Shown here: in pieces, positions 1 through 8,892 of the stretch
How the letters are laid out: each line of letters starts with the position of its first letter
Position numbering within the stretch: the stretch's first letter is position 1
Assembly: GCA_036003485.1 (NCBI GenBank)
Contig: DASYSI010000078.1
Coordinates: 1-48,157, forward strand
Reading direction: 5' to 3'
Length of the DNA: 48,157 bases
Source of the DNA: Burkholderiales bacterium
Lineage (GTDB): Bacteria; Pseudomonadota; Gammaproteobacteria; Burkholderiales; SG8-41
Position numbers and translations under genes: made by a program
Notes under the pieces: model-generated
The model's input: only the letters and a program-made list of their open reading frames with translations
What the model was told of the DNA's origin: nothing
Database searches by the model: none

Positions 1-424
1 GCATGCGATGTTCCGCGTTGACCATGTCGCGGATGTTGAAGCGCGGGAATGACATGTTGAGCCCCGATCGCGTGGGCGAGGTCGTCGCGTTCGGATCGAG
101 CGACGCGACGCCGAGCGTATCGGGCTGAATGATGAAATAGCGGTCGGGATCGAAGGCTTTGCCGCGCCCGACCCAGTACGTCTGGCTGTTGCGGTTGCCC
201 TGCAGGCCGTGCAGCGAGAGGATCGCATTGCTCTTCTGCGCGTTCAGCGTACCGAACGTGATGTATGTCATGCGAAAGTCGCGGATGACCTCGCCGCTTT
301 CGAGCTTAAGATCTCCGAGCTGGCAGGTCTGAGCCGGCGGGTTTTGGCCGAGCGCGGGTGCGCCCGCCAGCGCCAACATCAGGAAAGCCGCGTGTACGAT
401 GCGCGGAGCGAATTTCAGCATCAT
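1..424 (-). CDS. alpha/beta-fold hydrolase, homoserine O-acetyltransferase (MetX)-like, secreted; partial (C-terminus outside window)
   Basis: Absent from the ORF track because it runs off the left edge. My own reverse-strand translation from ATG 424 gives MMLKFAPRIVHAAFLMLALAGAPALGQNPP..LESGEVIRDFRMTYITFGTLNAQKSNAILSLHGLQGNRN..YFIIQPDTLG. A signal-like N-terminus is followed by the N-terminal pattern of MetX-like hydrolases. The frame stays open to position 1. Confidence 0.5.
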   Translation of the reverse strand, partial: MMLKFAPRIVHAAFLMLALAGAPALGQNPPAQTCQLGDLKLESGEVIRDFRMTYITFGTLNAQKSNAILSLHGLQGNRNSQTYWVGRGKAFDPDRYFIIQPDTLGVASLDPNATTSPTRSGLNMSFPRFNIRDMVNAEHRM

Positions 425-435
425 CGGGTTTGGAG

Positions 436-1119
436 TTATTTCACTAGCATGCCGAAGACTGTTCGTGCCATGCCGGTTGCCGTTCCGAGTGGATCCTTGC
501 GAATCGCTTTCTCCTGCTCGGCGATCATGATAAAAAGTCCGTCCAGCGTTTTCTGCGTCACATAGTTTTCGATCTTCGCCTGCTTTGCGTCTACCAGGCC
601 CAGCCTCGCGCCCTGGCCGGCAATATTGTTATATTTCTCCGCAAGTCCGACATTGCTCGTGGCCTTGGTGACGATCGGCAGGAATTTCGCAGTGAGCTGG
701 TCGCTCGTCGTTCTGCGGAAATAGTCGGTTGCCGCGGTTTCCCCGCCGGTCAGTATTCCTTTGGCGTCCTGCCAGCTCATGTTCTTGATGGCAGCAATGA
801 GCAGCGGCTTGGCTTCGGGCACCGCCTGTTCGGCTGCATGGTTCATTGCAACCACGAGCTCGTCGGCCTGACGCTGCATGCCCATCAGTCGCAATCCGCT
901 CTCGACGCGCTTGAGGGCATCGGGCAAAGGAATCTTGACTTTATCGTTGTTAAGAAAACCGTTTTCCACACCGAGCTTGCCGACTGCGGCAGCAGAGCCC
1001 TGCGCCAGCGCATCCTTCAATCCGGATCCGGCGTCCTGGTTGCTGAGGCTCGCGAGCCCGGCCGCGAAAGACGGCACACTAACGATTAACCAGACGAGCA
1101 ATCCCAGAATGATTCGCAT
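436..1119 (-). CDS. DUF4197-family periplasmic protein
   Basis: ORF 436..1203 trimmed to the internal ATG at 1119 (MRIILGLLVWLIVSVPSFAAG is a signal peptide). The mature part LSNQDAGSGLKDALAQGSAAAVGKLGVENGFLNNDKVKIPLPDAL fits my memory of DUF4197. Confidence 0.7.
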   Translation of the reverse strand: MRIILGLLVWLIVSVPSFAAGLASLSNQDAGSGLKDALAQGSAAAVGKLGVENGFLNNDKVKIPLPDALKRVESGLRLMGMQRQADELVVAMNHAAEQAVPEAKPLLIAAIKNMSWQDAKGILTGGETAATDYFRRTTSDQLTAKFLPIVTKATSNVGLAEKYNNIAGQGARLGLVDAKQAKIENYVTQKTLDGLFIMIAEQEKAIRKDPLGTATGMARTVFGMLVK

Positions 1120-1239
1120 GGCGTCGCTCCTGTTGTGAAAAAAGTGATTATGCAACTTAGCGGCGCAAAACGACAGAAACTCCGTTAACGTTGCCGACTG
1201 CAATGCGCGGCATAGACCATTTCCCGCACGGCTCGAACT

Positions 1240-2262
1240 TCACTCCGCCTCGATGCCTGCGGCGCGGACAACCTTTGACCATCGGATCAATTCTTCTTTG
1301 ATGTAGTCGGCGAATTCCCGCGGCGTACCGCCAATCGGGTCGGCACCCTCTATCGCGAGGCGCCGGATTAACTCAGGACTCGCAAGTACCCGGTTCAGCA
1401 TGCGGTTAAGATAGTCGATGATTGCCTGCGGCGTGCGTGCGGGAGCCTGGATGCCGAACCACGTCCCGGTCACTAACCCCGGGACTCCGGACTCGATCAT
1501 CGTGGGCAGGTCCGGAGCCTGCGGCGTGCGCTTCGCGCTGGTAACTGCGAGCGCCTTCAATTTGCCGGCGCGTGCTTGGGGAAGGTAGCCGACGACGTTA
1601 CCGAACGCCATCTGAACCTGACCGCCGATGAGATCAGTCATGGCAGGCGTTCCCCCTTTATAGGGAATGTGAACAATGGAGGTTCCCGTCAGCATCTTGA
1701 ACCACTCACCGGTGAGATGGGGAGCACTGCCTTTTCCAGTCGATGCATAATTTAGCTGATTCGGCTTTGCCTTCGCGAGTGCGATCAACTCGCTCACCGA
1801 GCGTGCCGGCACCGAAGGATGAATCACGAGCACGTAAGGTGAGGACGCGAGCAGGATGACCGGCTCGAAGTCTTTGACCGCGTCGTAAGATAGTTTGCGA
1901 TGCGTGTACGGGTTGATACCAGTGGTCACCGTGGGCAGCAGCAAGGTGTAACCATCGGGTAGCGCGCTCGCAACGAGCTCGGTACCGATGATGGCGGCCG
2001 CGCCTGGACGATTGTCCACGATGACCTGTTTTCCTACTGCTTCTGTCAGCGCTTGCGCGAATGCCCTCCCGACGGTGTCCGCGCCACCGCCCGCAGGCCA
2101 GGGCACGACCAAGCGAATGGGGCGGGTCGGATAAGTAACGATCGACGAGGCCGGAGTTTGCGCAGCCGCGCATACTATGCTGCCAGAAATTCCCAATGCG
2201 ATGACGACGCAGTGCCATCCCCCGAACGCGCACGCGCGTGTCTGACGAAAATTCCGGTTCAT
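1240..2262 (-). CDS. Bug/TctC-family tripartite tricarboxylate transporter substrate-binding protein
   Basis: 340 aa. Signal-like N-terminus, then YPTRPIRLVVPWPAGGGADT and a C-terminal EFADYIKEELIRWSKVVRAAGIEAE. These are the hallmark ends of Bug proteins. Confidence 0.9.
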   Translation of the reverse strand: MNRNFRQTRACAFGGWHCVVIALGISGSIVCAAAQTPASSIVTYPTRPIRLVVPWPAGGGADTVGRAFAQALTEAVGKQVIVDNRPGAAAIIGTELVASALPDGYTLLLPTVTTGINPYTHRKLSYDAVKDFEPVILLASSPYVLVIHPSVPARSVSELIALAKAKPNQLNYASTGKGSAPHLTGEWFKMLTGTSIVHIPYKGGTPAMTDLIGGQVQMAFGNVVGYLPQARAGKLKALAVTSAKRTPQAPDLPTMIESGVPGLVTGTWFGIQAPARTPQAIIDYLNRMLNRVLASPELIRRLAIEGADPIGGTPREFADYIKEELIRWSKVVRAAGIEAE

Positions 2263-2531
2263 CGCTTTGTCCTAATCAAACGAGTATCATACCGCGTGCC
2301 AGAGCGGGGTCATGATCTTAAAATTGATCCCGCCTCGATTAGGGGCGCAACACTTTCGATTTACCTTCGCACCCATTCCCGGATCTGATGGTGGGCAGGA
2401 TGAGTGAGAGTTCTCTGCATTGATTGCTGCGGAGAGCGGCAAGTTTCGCGCGGTCATTCATCGCGCGGATCAATGCCGAACAATCCAAAATTGCGCTATT
2501 GCACCGTGGTACCCATGACAAGGAGAGATCA

Positions 2532-3422
2532 ATGCATAAGATTATCGACGTTCGCTGCCGCCTGACTACGCCCGAGGCCGGGAACTATTTCAGAGACCGC
2601 TTGAAGCGCCGTGGCCGCTACGACGCGATCGAGGCTTGGGCGGACGGCGGCACTGCAGAGGGTTACTTCAAGGAGATCGGAAAGTACGGGATTACAACCG
2701 CAGTATCGGTATCCGGGCAGTCGCCGGATCTCAAAATCGGCGGAAGACCGCAGGGCGCCCGCACCACCTCGAATGATGATATGGCGAAGTTTCAAAGCGA
2801 GAACTGGGGACGCTTCATCGGAGTAGCCGGCATCGACGTCGGCAACGTGCTGCACGACTCGATGCAGGAACTCGAGCGCAGCCACAAGCTCGGACTGCGC
2901 GCCGTCTTCATCGAGCCTGGACGCTCGCCCAAGTGCGATCTCGACGATCGCCGCCTGTGGCCCTTTTATGAGCGAGTCCAGCAACTCGACATGACCCTCA
3001 TTCCTCAGACATCGGGCCTCTGGGGCGGCATGTCGATCGACTTCGCCAATCCACGCCATTTAGAGCCCATCGCCGAGGATTTTCCCGACCTGCGCATACT
3101 CGCGGGTCACGCGTGCTATCCCTACGTGCGCGAGGCCATCATCGTTGCGGCGCGGCACCCGAATATCTGGCTTTCACCCGATATGTATCTGATCCAGATG
3201 GGCACAGAGGATTGGGTGAAGTCGGTGAACGGCAATTTCTTCGGGTTGCAGGACCAGTTCCTCTTCGGCACCGGTTATCCCGCGATTCCGCTGAAACCGT
3301 ACATCGATGAATTCTGGAAATTGCCGTGGAAGCCTGATGTGCTCCCGAAAATTCTCTACAAGAATGCGCTGCGCTGCTTCAAGCTCGAGGATGATCCAAA
3401 ATTTAAGGCGATGTACCCGTAG
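2532..3422 (+). CDS. amidohydrolase-2 family (TIM-barrel metal-dependent hydrolase/decarboxylase-like)
   Basis: ORF 2424..3422 trimmed to ATG 2532, which is preceded by AAGGAGAG (2519-2526). 296 aa with the AGIDVGN, LRAVFIEPG, AGHACYPYVRE and FGTGYP patterns typical of the family. Confidence 0.7.
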   Translation: MHKIIDVRCRLTTPEAGNYFRDRLKRRGRYDAIEAWADGGTAEGYFKEIGKYGITTAVSVSGQSPDLKIGGRPQGARTTSNDDMAKFQSENWGRFIGVAGIDVGNVLHDSMQELERSHKLGLRAVFIEPGRSPKCDLDDRRLWPFYERVQQLDMTLIPQTSGLWGGMSIDFANPRHLEPIAEDFPDLRILAGHACYPYVREAIIVAARHPNIWLSPDMYLIQMGTEDWVKSVNGNFFGLQDQFLFGTGYPAIPLKPYIDEFWKLPWKPDVLPKILYKNALRCFKLEDDPKFKAMYP

Positions 3423-3425
3423 AGG

Positions 3426-3971
3426 CTAACCGCGGAGTTCGCTCTCGATGGCCTGCTGCAAATGCTCGAGCCCGAACGAGACGTCGTGCATTACACCGTT
3501 GACGAAGAAAGTAGGCGTGGACCGGACTCCGCTCTTGTTCCCGCTTGCTAAATGTTCCTGCACGCGCTGCGTGTAAACGTGGTCATCCATTTCATAGTCA
3601 TAACGCTCGAGATCGAGCTCTGCCTTTGCCGCGTACTCCCTGAGGCTTTTTGCTTTTAAATGCATCTGGTTTTCGAACAGCAGGTCGTGCAGTTGCCAGA
3701 ATTTGTGCTGTGCGCCCGCCGCTTCTGCCGCCTCCGCCGCCAGCTCGGCATGGGGGTGCACTTCACGCTGCGGAAAATGCCGGAACACAAAGCGCACACG
3801 ATTCCCGAAATGCTTGAGCAGTATTTTCACCGCATGGTAAGCCTGACCGCATGATGGACATTCGAAATCGCCGTACTCAAGAAGGATGACCTTCGCCGAT
3901 TCCACACCCAGTATGTGATCAGTATGATTCAGCGGGACGGCGAGCGCGTTCGAGATTGCCTGTTGATTCAT
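3426..3971 (-). CDS. DsbA-family thioredoxin-fold protein, no signal peptide
   Basis: 181 aa with the active site FECPSCGQAY. The N-terminus MNQQAISNALAVPLNHTDH is not signal-like. Confidence 0.8.
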   Translation of the reverse strand: MNQQAISNALAVPLNHTDHILGVESAKVILLEYGDFECPSCGQAYHAVKILLKHFGNRVRFVFRHFPQREVHPHAELAAEAAEAAGAQHKFWQLHDLLFENQMHLKAKSLREYAAKAELDLERYDYEMDDHVYTQRVQEHLASGNKSGVRSTPTFFVNGVMHDVSFGLEHLQQAIESELRG

Positions 3972-4030
3972 TGCTGTTTCCTTTCAATATGTCCAGTTAG
4001 GTTTCAGCCAGCGTCTGCTCGAGTCTTCCA

Positions 4031-5833
4031 TTACGCCTTATTTGACAATTGCGCAGGTTGAGGTTCATGCGAAGCGAGCCACGCGTGCACTTGCGCAACG
4101 ACTGCTGCACCTTCCCCCACCGCAGCCGCCACACGCTTGGTCGAGCTGGCACGTGCATCGCCGATCGCGAATACTCCCGAGATGGCCGTCTCGAGCGATA
4201 GCGGATGGCGGTCGCGCTCCGATGGCACTGGCCGCACGTATTGATCGGGCGAAAGATCGAAGCCGGTACACACGAATCCCTTATCATTCACTTTCACTCC
4301 GCAGCCCGCGAGCCATTCGGTGTTCGGATCGGCGCCGACGAATAGGAACACGCGCCGGATCGGTTTGGTTTCCTCGACGCCGCGCGCACGATTGCGCCAG
4401 CGCACGCCGGCTACGCCTTCGTCACAACCTTCGAACGCGACGATCTCGGTCTCCGTATGCAGGGTGACGTTCGGCAGCGACGTGATGCGTTCGACCAGAT
4501 AGGCCGACATGCTTTTTGCGAGGTCACGCCCGCGTATTAGCAAATGCACGCGCGCAGCGTGACTCGCAAGGAACACTACCGCCTGCCCCGCCGAGTTACC
4601 GCCGCCGACGAGCACCACCTCTTCCTGCCGGCACAGTTTGGCCTCGATCGGTGAAGCCCAGTAATAGACGCCGCGGCCCTCATACCGTTCAAGCTCGGGG
4701 ATAGCGGGACGCCGGTATTTCGCGCCCGTGGCGATGACCACGGTTTTGGCTGATAGACGCGTGCCGCAATCGAGGTAGAGCGCGCGCGGCGAGACCGTGC
4801 AGTCGATCCGGGTTACCGCTACCGGCACCGCGACGTCCGCGCCGAATTTCTGCGCCTGCACGAATGCGCGTCCGGCGAGCGCCTGGCCCGAAATGCCCGT
4901 CGGAAAGCCGAGATAGTTCTCGATGCGCGAGCTCGCGCCCGCCTGGCCGCCGATCACGCGCGTGTCGAGCACCAGTACTGAAAGCCCTTCCGATGCGGCA
5001 TATACCGCCGCGGCGAGGCCGGCGGGACCCGCGCCGGCGATCGCAACGTCGTACACGTGATCAGTGCTTAATACAGGATACATGCCAAGGCGGCGCGCCA
5101 GCTCCTGCTCGGTCGGGCACTTCAAGACCGTTCCGTCGGGGCACACCACCAATGGCAGCTCGTCGAATCGCGGCGCGTGCAGCTTCATCACTTCGTCTGC
5201 GGCGTGATCGACCGCGGGATCCAGCACCGTGTGCGGATGGCCGTTGCGCGACAGAAATCCCTGCAGCCGCACCATGTCTGCGGCACCGGGGGTGCCGATC
5301 AATACCGGACCGCCGGCACCGGTTTCGATCAATCCCACGCGCCGCAGGATCAACGCGCGCATGATACGTTCGCCCAGCTCGGCCTCGGCCACCACCACTG
5401 CGCGCAGCGACGGGGGATCGATCACCAGCGCTTCGACGACATCGAGCGCGCGTGCGTCGACGAGGGCAGGACGACCGGAGAGCTGGCCGACCTCGGCCAT
5501 GAACTGGCCGGGCATGTGCTCGATGATGGGCGATTCCGCACCCAGGGCATTCTTGCGCGTGATCGCGACGCGTCCGCGCAGCAGCACGAGCATGCCCGGC
5601 CCCGGCTTGCCGGCTTCGTACAGCAATTCGCCCGGCTGCCAGGTCTTAACCGAGCCGAAGCGCCGCAGCCGATCGATCTCGGCAGGCGCGAGCTTCGGAA
5701 ACATCTGGTCGACGCGCGACGCAAGATTGGGGGGAAGCGCCACCTTGATTCTGCCCGGCGCGATGTGCAAGTCGGCGCCGTCATCCGGGTGACCGGGTTC
5801 CATCGACAGCGGCGTATCGGGTGTTTTGTTCAT
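4031..5833 (-). CDS. cyclic-nucleotide-binding-domain / thioredoxin-reductase-like FAD oxidoreductase fusion
   Basis: 600 aa. The N-terminal ~150 aa is cNMP-binding-like (..GELLYEAGKPGPGMLVLLRGRV..GQLSGRPALVDARA). It is followed by AIAGAGPAGLAAAVYAASEG (FAD), VVLVGGGNSAGQAVVFLA (NAD(P)H) and GVFAIGD. There is no CxxC anywhere in the protein. Confidence 0.85.
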   Translation of the reverse strand: MNKTPDTPLSMEPGHPDDGADLHIAPGRIKVALPPNLASRVDQMFPKLAPAEIDRLRRFGSVKTWQPGELLYEAGKPGPGMLVLLRGRVAITRKNALGAESPIIEHMPGQFMAEVGQLSGRPALVDARALDVVEALVIDPPSLRAVVVAEAELGERIMRALILRRVGLIETGAGGPVLIGTPGAADMVRLQGFLSRNGHPHTVLDPAVDHAADEVMKLHAPRFDELPLVVCPDGTVLKCPTEQELARRLGMYPVLSTDHVYDVAIAGAGPAGLAAAVYAASEGLSVLVLDTRVIGGQAGASSRIENYLGFPTGISGQALAGRAFVQAQKFGADVAVPVAVTRIDCTVSPRALYLDCGTRLSAKTVVIATGAKYRRPAIPELERYEGRGVYYWASPIEAKLCRQEEVVLVGGGNSAGQAVVFLASHAARVHLLIRGRDLAKSMSAYLVERITSLPNVTLHTETEIVAFEGCDEGVAGVRWRNRARGVEETKPIRRVFLFVGADPNTEWLAGCGVKVNDKGFVCTGFDLSPDQYVRPVPSERDRHPLSLETAISGVFAIGDARASSTKRVAAAVGEGAAVVAQVHAWLASHEPQPAQLSNKA

Positions 5834-5954
5834 ATTGGCCGTGTGCGTGATCTGCGAGAAATGCGGCGTTTAGACGTTCGCCGAAGGTGTACGGTATCGA
5901 AGCGCATATGAATCATAGCACCTCCGGATATCAATTCGGTTCAAGCGGTGCGCG

Positions 5955-6295
5955 TCATTTCGTACCCATTTGCGCTTCCGCTGTCCACGCCGCGGATGAT
6001 GATGACAGGCGATAGGCTGCAATCCCGTTTAGTGTGAGAAACGCTAACGTCAGCGCCAGAACAGCACTGACACCGGAGTGAAAAACGAGAAAAGCGCCGA
6101 TGGCCGCGCCCAGGAACATCGTGACTGTCGCCACTAGCCGACGGCCGGGGTGAGGATTGCTCCCGCCCGCCGAGTCGGCAGCGAACCCGGTCAGCGTCAA
6201 TGTCAGCACGGTCGTCGTCAGGTCGGGAACGCTGAGACGGCGCGCGGCGGCGTGACTCGGGCGGCATGTTGTTCACCGGCGATCTCAATAATCAT
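5955..6295 (-). pseudogene. DUF1275/YoaK-family membrane protein relic (5'-truncated, frameshifted)
   Basis: ORF 5955..6209 (GTG start) encodes only the C-terminal third. In-frame upstream codons read AAARRLSVPDLTTTVLTLTLTGFAADSAGG, the conserved mid-region of DUF1275. A TGA lies about 20 codons upstream, and an ATG at 6295 (MIIEIAGEQHAAR..) is in another frame. Confidence 0.4.
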
Positions 6296-6464
6296 GATTT
6301 TTTCCTTGCCCTAGCCGCCTCGAGCAGGCAAAGATTGCTGGCTCTGTTAAAACCGGATTCAATACCCATCTGAAGGGTGCAGCGCCCCTACGCATTCTTT
6401 AGACTGTGGACACTGGCTGTTCCCGGTTTCATACTGATTCACTTACATAGAAAGGACCCTAGCC

Positions 6465-7013
6465 ATGAAGAAATCAGCCGCAAAGAACGTGCAAGACCTT
6501 AAGCGCAGGCGGAAATCTCCGCTAGTGACTCCGACCGACCTCAAGGCAGCGGCGACGAAAGACATCGCAGGGGCCATGAACGCCATTCTTGCGGACGTGT
6601 TCGCGCTTTACCTGAAGACCAAGAATTTCCACTGGCACATGAGCGGGCCGCACTTCCGTGACTATCATCTGCTGCTGGACGAACAGGCCGACCAACTCTA
6701 CGCGATGACCGATCCGATCGCCGAACGCATCCGCAAAGTAGGCGCGTCCACGCTCAGGTCAATTGGCGACATCGCGCGCACTCAGCGCGTGCTGGACAAT
6801 GATGCCGACTACGTCGAGCCGCTGGACATGCTGGCCGAGCTGCGTGAGGACAACAAGACACTTGCCGCCCGCCTGCGCGAGGCACACAACGTATGCGACG
6901 AGCACCACGATATCGCGACCGCCAGCCTGATCGAAGTCTGGATCGACGAGACCGAGCGGCGCACCTGGTTCCTGTTCGAAGCAAGCCGCCACGGGGACGC
7001 CACGGGACATTGA
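6465..7013 (+). CDS. dps: Dps (DNA starvation/stationary-phase protection ferritin-like protein)
   Basis: 182 aa with LADVFALYLKTKNFHWHMSGPHFRDYHLLLDEQ, the classic Dps ferroxidase-site region. Confidence 0.9.
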   Translation: MKKSAAKNVQDLKRRRKSPLVTPTDLKAAATKDIAGAMNAILADVFALYLKTKNFHWHMSGPHFRDYHLLLDEQADQLYAMTDPIAERIRKVGASTLRSIGDIARTQRVLDNDADYVEPLDMLAELREDNKTLAARLREAHNVCDEHHDIATASLIEVWIDETERRTWFLFEASRHGDATGH

Positions 7014-7068
7014 GTAGTAGTCATTAGGACAACGAATTCCAAACGTCGCGACGCGCGTCGCGCGCGGA

Positions 7069-8694
7069 TCAGGATTCGCGGTCGGCGATCCAGTGCGAGG
7101 ATCGCGTCGATTCTCCCTGGACGAGAAACTGATTCGCGCGCTGCTGGATCGCGCGATCGGCGACACTGACACGTTCGTGCTGGCGCAGGTGCTCGATCCA
7201 CGATTCGTCCATAAAGCATTCCACGAAGCGCGCGGTGTCTGCCGAATCGTGAAAGAGCTCCCAGAAATACGCGCCATTGCGACGGCGCATTTCACGCACC
7301 GCGTGCATCGCGCTTACGAATTCGGCCCGCTTGCCGGGTTGCACCCGGTATTCGATCGTGACCATGACCGGTCCACGATCCGGTTCAGGAATCTCGGCAA
7401 GGACCGGTGCCGCCCAATCGAGCGACGGCTTGAAATCGAGCACTTCGTGATGACCAAGCTTGAATCTCCAGGTCAGTCCGATGGCGATCACCATTCCGAA
7501 GGCCGCCGTCGTCAACGCAGCCGGAATGCCGATCCAAGTTGCGACCTGTCCCCACAAAATGCTGCCGAGCGCCATTCCTCCCATGAAGACGACGACAAAG
7601 GCAGCCAGTCCACGTGCACGAACCCAGGCGGGTAACGTCATTTGGGCAGCGACCTGGAGTGCCGAAAGAATCGAGATCCAGGCGACGCCCGTCGCCAGCA
7701 TAGCCACGGCTAACAGACCAATATTCTGCAAATATGCAAGTGCGAGCGCGGCAAGCGCGTAGAGCGCGGTCGCGCCTGCGACAAGGACGTCGCGCGAAAT
7801 CTTCGCTCGCACTCGCGGCAGCAGCATGGCGCCGGCGACGGCACCTATGCCGATACAAGTAAGTAGCAAGCCATAGATTTCCGGGCCGCGCCCAAGCTCG
7901 CGCCGCACAATCAGTGGGAACAGCGACCAGGTTGCAGCAGCGAACACAAAAAAAGCGCTTCCGCGGATGAGCACAACCTGCAATGCGTAGCTATGCATAA
8001 CGAAGCGCAAGCCCACGCGTATCGCACTCAGAAAGCGCTCGGCAGGCAACGAGCTCTTGCGCTGCTCGCGCCGCCATCGCAGCAGCACCGCGAGAATACC
8101 GATGGATGACAGGGCATTGAGCACGAAAACGAGCCACGCTCCCACTGCTGCCACCAGAATACCTGCGATCGCCGGTCCGATCGCGCGCGACACATTGATC
8201 GCAATGCTGTTCAACGCGATGGCGGACGGCATCTGGTCAGTCGGGACGAGCTCCGGCACGATTGCCGCCCACGCCGGCATCACAATCGCCGCGCCGATGC
8301 CAAGCGCAAAGGTAAATCCGAGCAGGACCCAGGGGGTCGTCATCTCGAGCCACGTTAAGAGACCAAGCGCGCCGGCGATAACCAACAGATAGACTTGAGC
8401 GGCTATTAAAAGTCGCCGGCGATCGATGATGTCGGCGAGCGCGCCCGCCGGCAGTGCGAGCAACATCAACGGAATGCTGTCCGCAGCTTCGACGAGCGCC
8501 ACCATCGACGGTGACGAGGAAAGCGAGGTCATCAACCAGCCGGCCCCAACGTCCTGCATCCACGTGCCGACATTCGAGACGATGGTGGCGATCCACAAGT
8601 TGCGAAACAGCGTGTTTCGCAGTGGAAGCCACGGCGAATTTGCCGAGCCGGACGGCTGCGTCACTGAAGATGATGCAGACTGACCAGGCTTCAT
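7069..8694 (-). CDS. MFS transporter with C-terminal soluble alpha+beta (ABM/Dabb-like) domain
   Basis: 541 aa. About 12 hydrophobic helices after NTLFRNLWIATIVSNVGTWMQDVGAGWLM (EntS/MFS_3-like). The last 127 aa are hydrophilic. Confidence 0.85.
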   Translation of the reverse strand: MKPGQSASSSVTQPSGSANSPWLPLRNTLFRNLWIATIVSNVGTWMQDVGAGWLMTSLSSSPSMVALVEAADSIPLMLLALPAGALADIIDRRRLLIAAQVYLLVIAGALGLLTWLEMTTPWVLLGFTFALGIGAAIVMPAWAAIVPELVPTDQMPSAIALNSIAINVSRAIGPAIAGILVAAVGAWLVFVLNALSSIGILAVLLRWRREQRKSSLPAERFLSAIRVGLRFVMHSYALQVVLIRGSAFFVFAAATWSLFPLIVRRELGRGPEIYGLLLTCIGIGAVAGAMLLPRVRAKISRDVLVAGATALYALAALALAYLQNIGLLAVAMLATGVAWISILSALQVAAQMTLPAWVRARGLAAFVVVFMGGMALGSILWGQVATWIGIPAALTTAAFGMVIAIGLTWRFKLGHHEVLDFKPSLDWAAPVLAEIPEPDRGPVMVTIEYRVQPGKRAEFVSAMHAVREMRRRNGAYFWELFHDSADTARFVECFMDESWIEHLRQHERVSVADRAIQQRANQFLVQGESTRSSHWIADRES

Positions 8695-8750
8695 CGGGAT
8701 CTCTGGCCTGTTGAGAGCATAGCGATCGCACTTTGAACTTTTGTATTATG

Positions 8751-8876
8751 CTCGATCGACGTGCAGGTGGGACGCCTGCGGAAGAAAATCGAGCCCAAAG
8801 GGACGAACGTCGAATTCATCCACACCGAGCGGGGCGCAGGCTACATTTTCACCGAAGCCGTCGAAACCGTGCGCTG
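8751..8876 (+). pseudogene. relic of an OmpR-family response regulator (C-terminal winged-helix only)
   Basis: My own translation gives SIDVQVGRLRKKIEPKGTNVEFIHTERGAGYIFTEAVETVR*, the recognition-helix/wing end of OmpR/PhoB regulators. An in-frame TGA lies at 8733-8735, and there is no start codon or receiver domain. Confidence 0.5.
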
Positions 8877-8892
8877 AAAGTTTTTACATGCC

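Noticed and set aside
209-565. 118-aa plus-strand ORF bridging two minus-strand genes
   Set aside because: It overlaps the secreted hydrolase start and the DUF4197 stop on the opposite strand. It has no RBS and no recognisable fold.
5177-5911. 244-aa and 187-aa plus-strand ORFs opposite the flavoprotein gene
   Set aside because: They are antisense to a well-supported 600-aa CDS and show no motifs.
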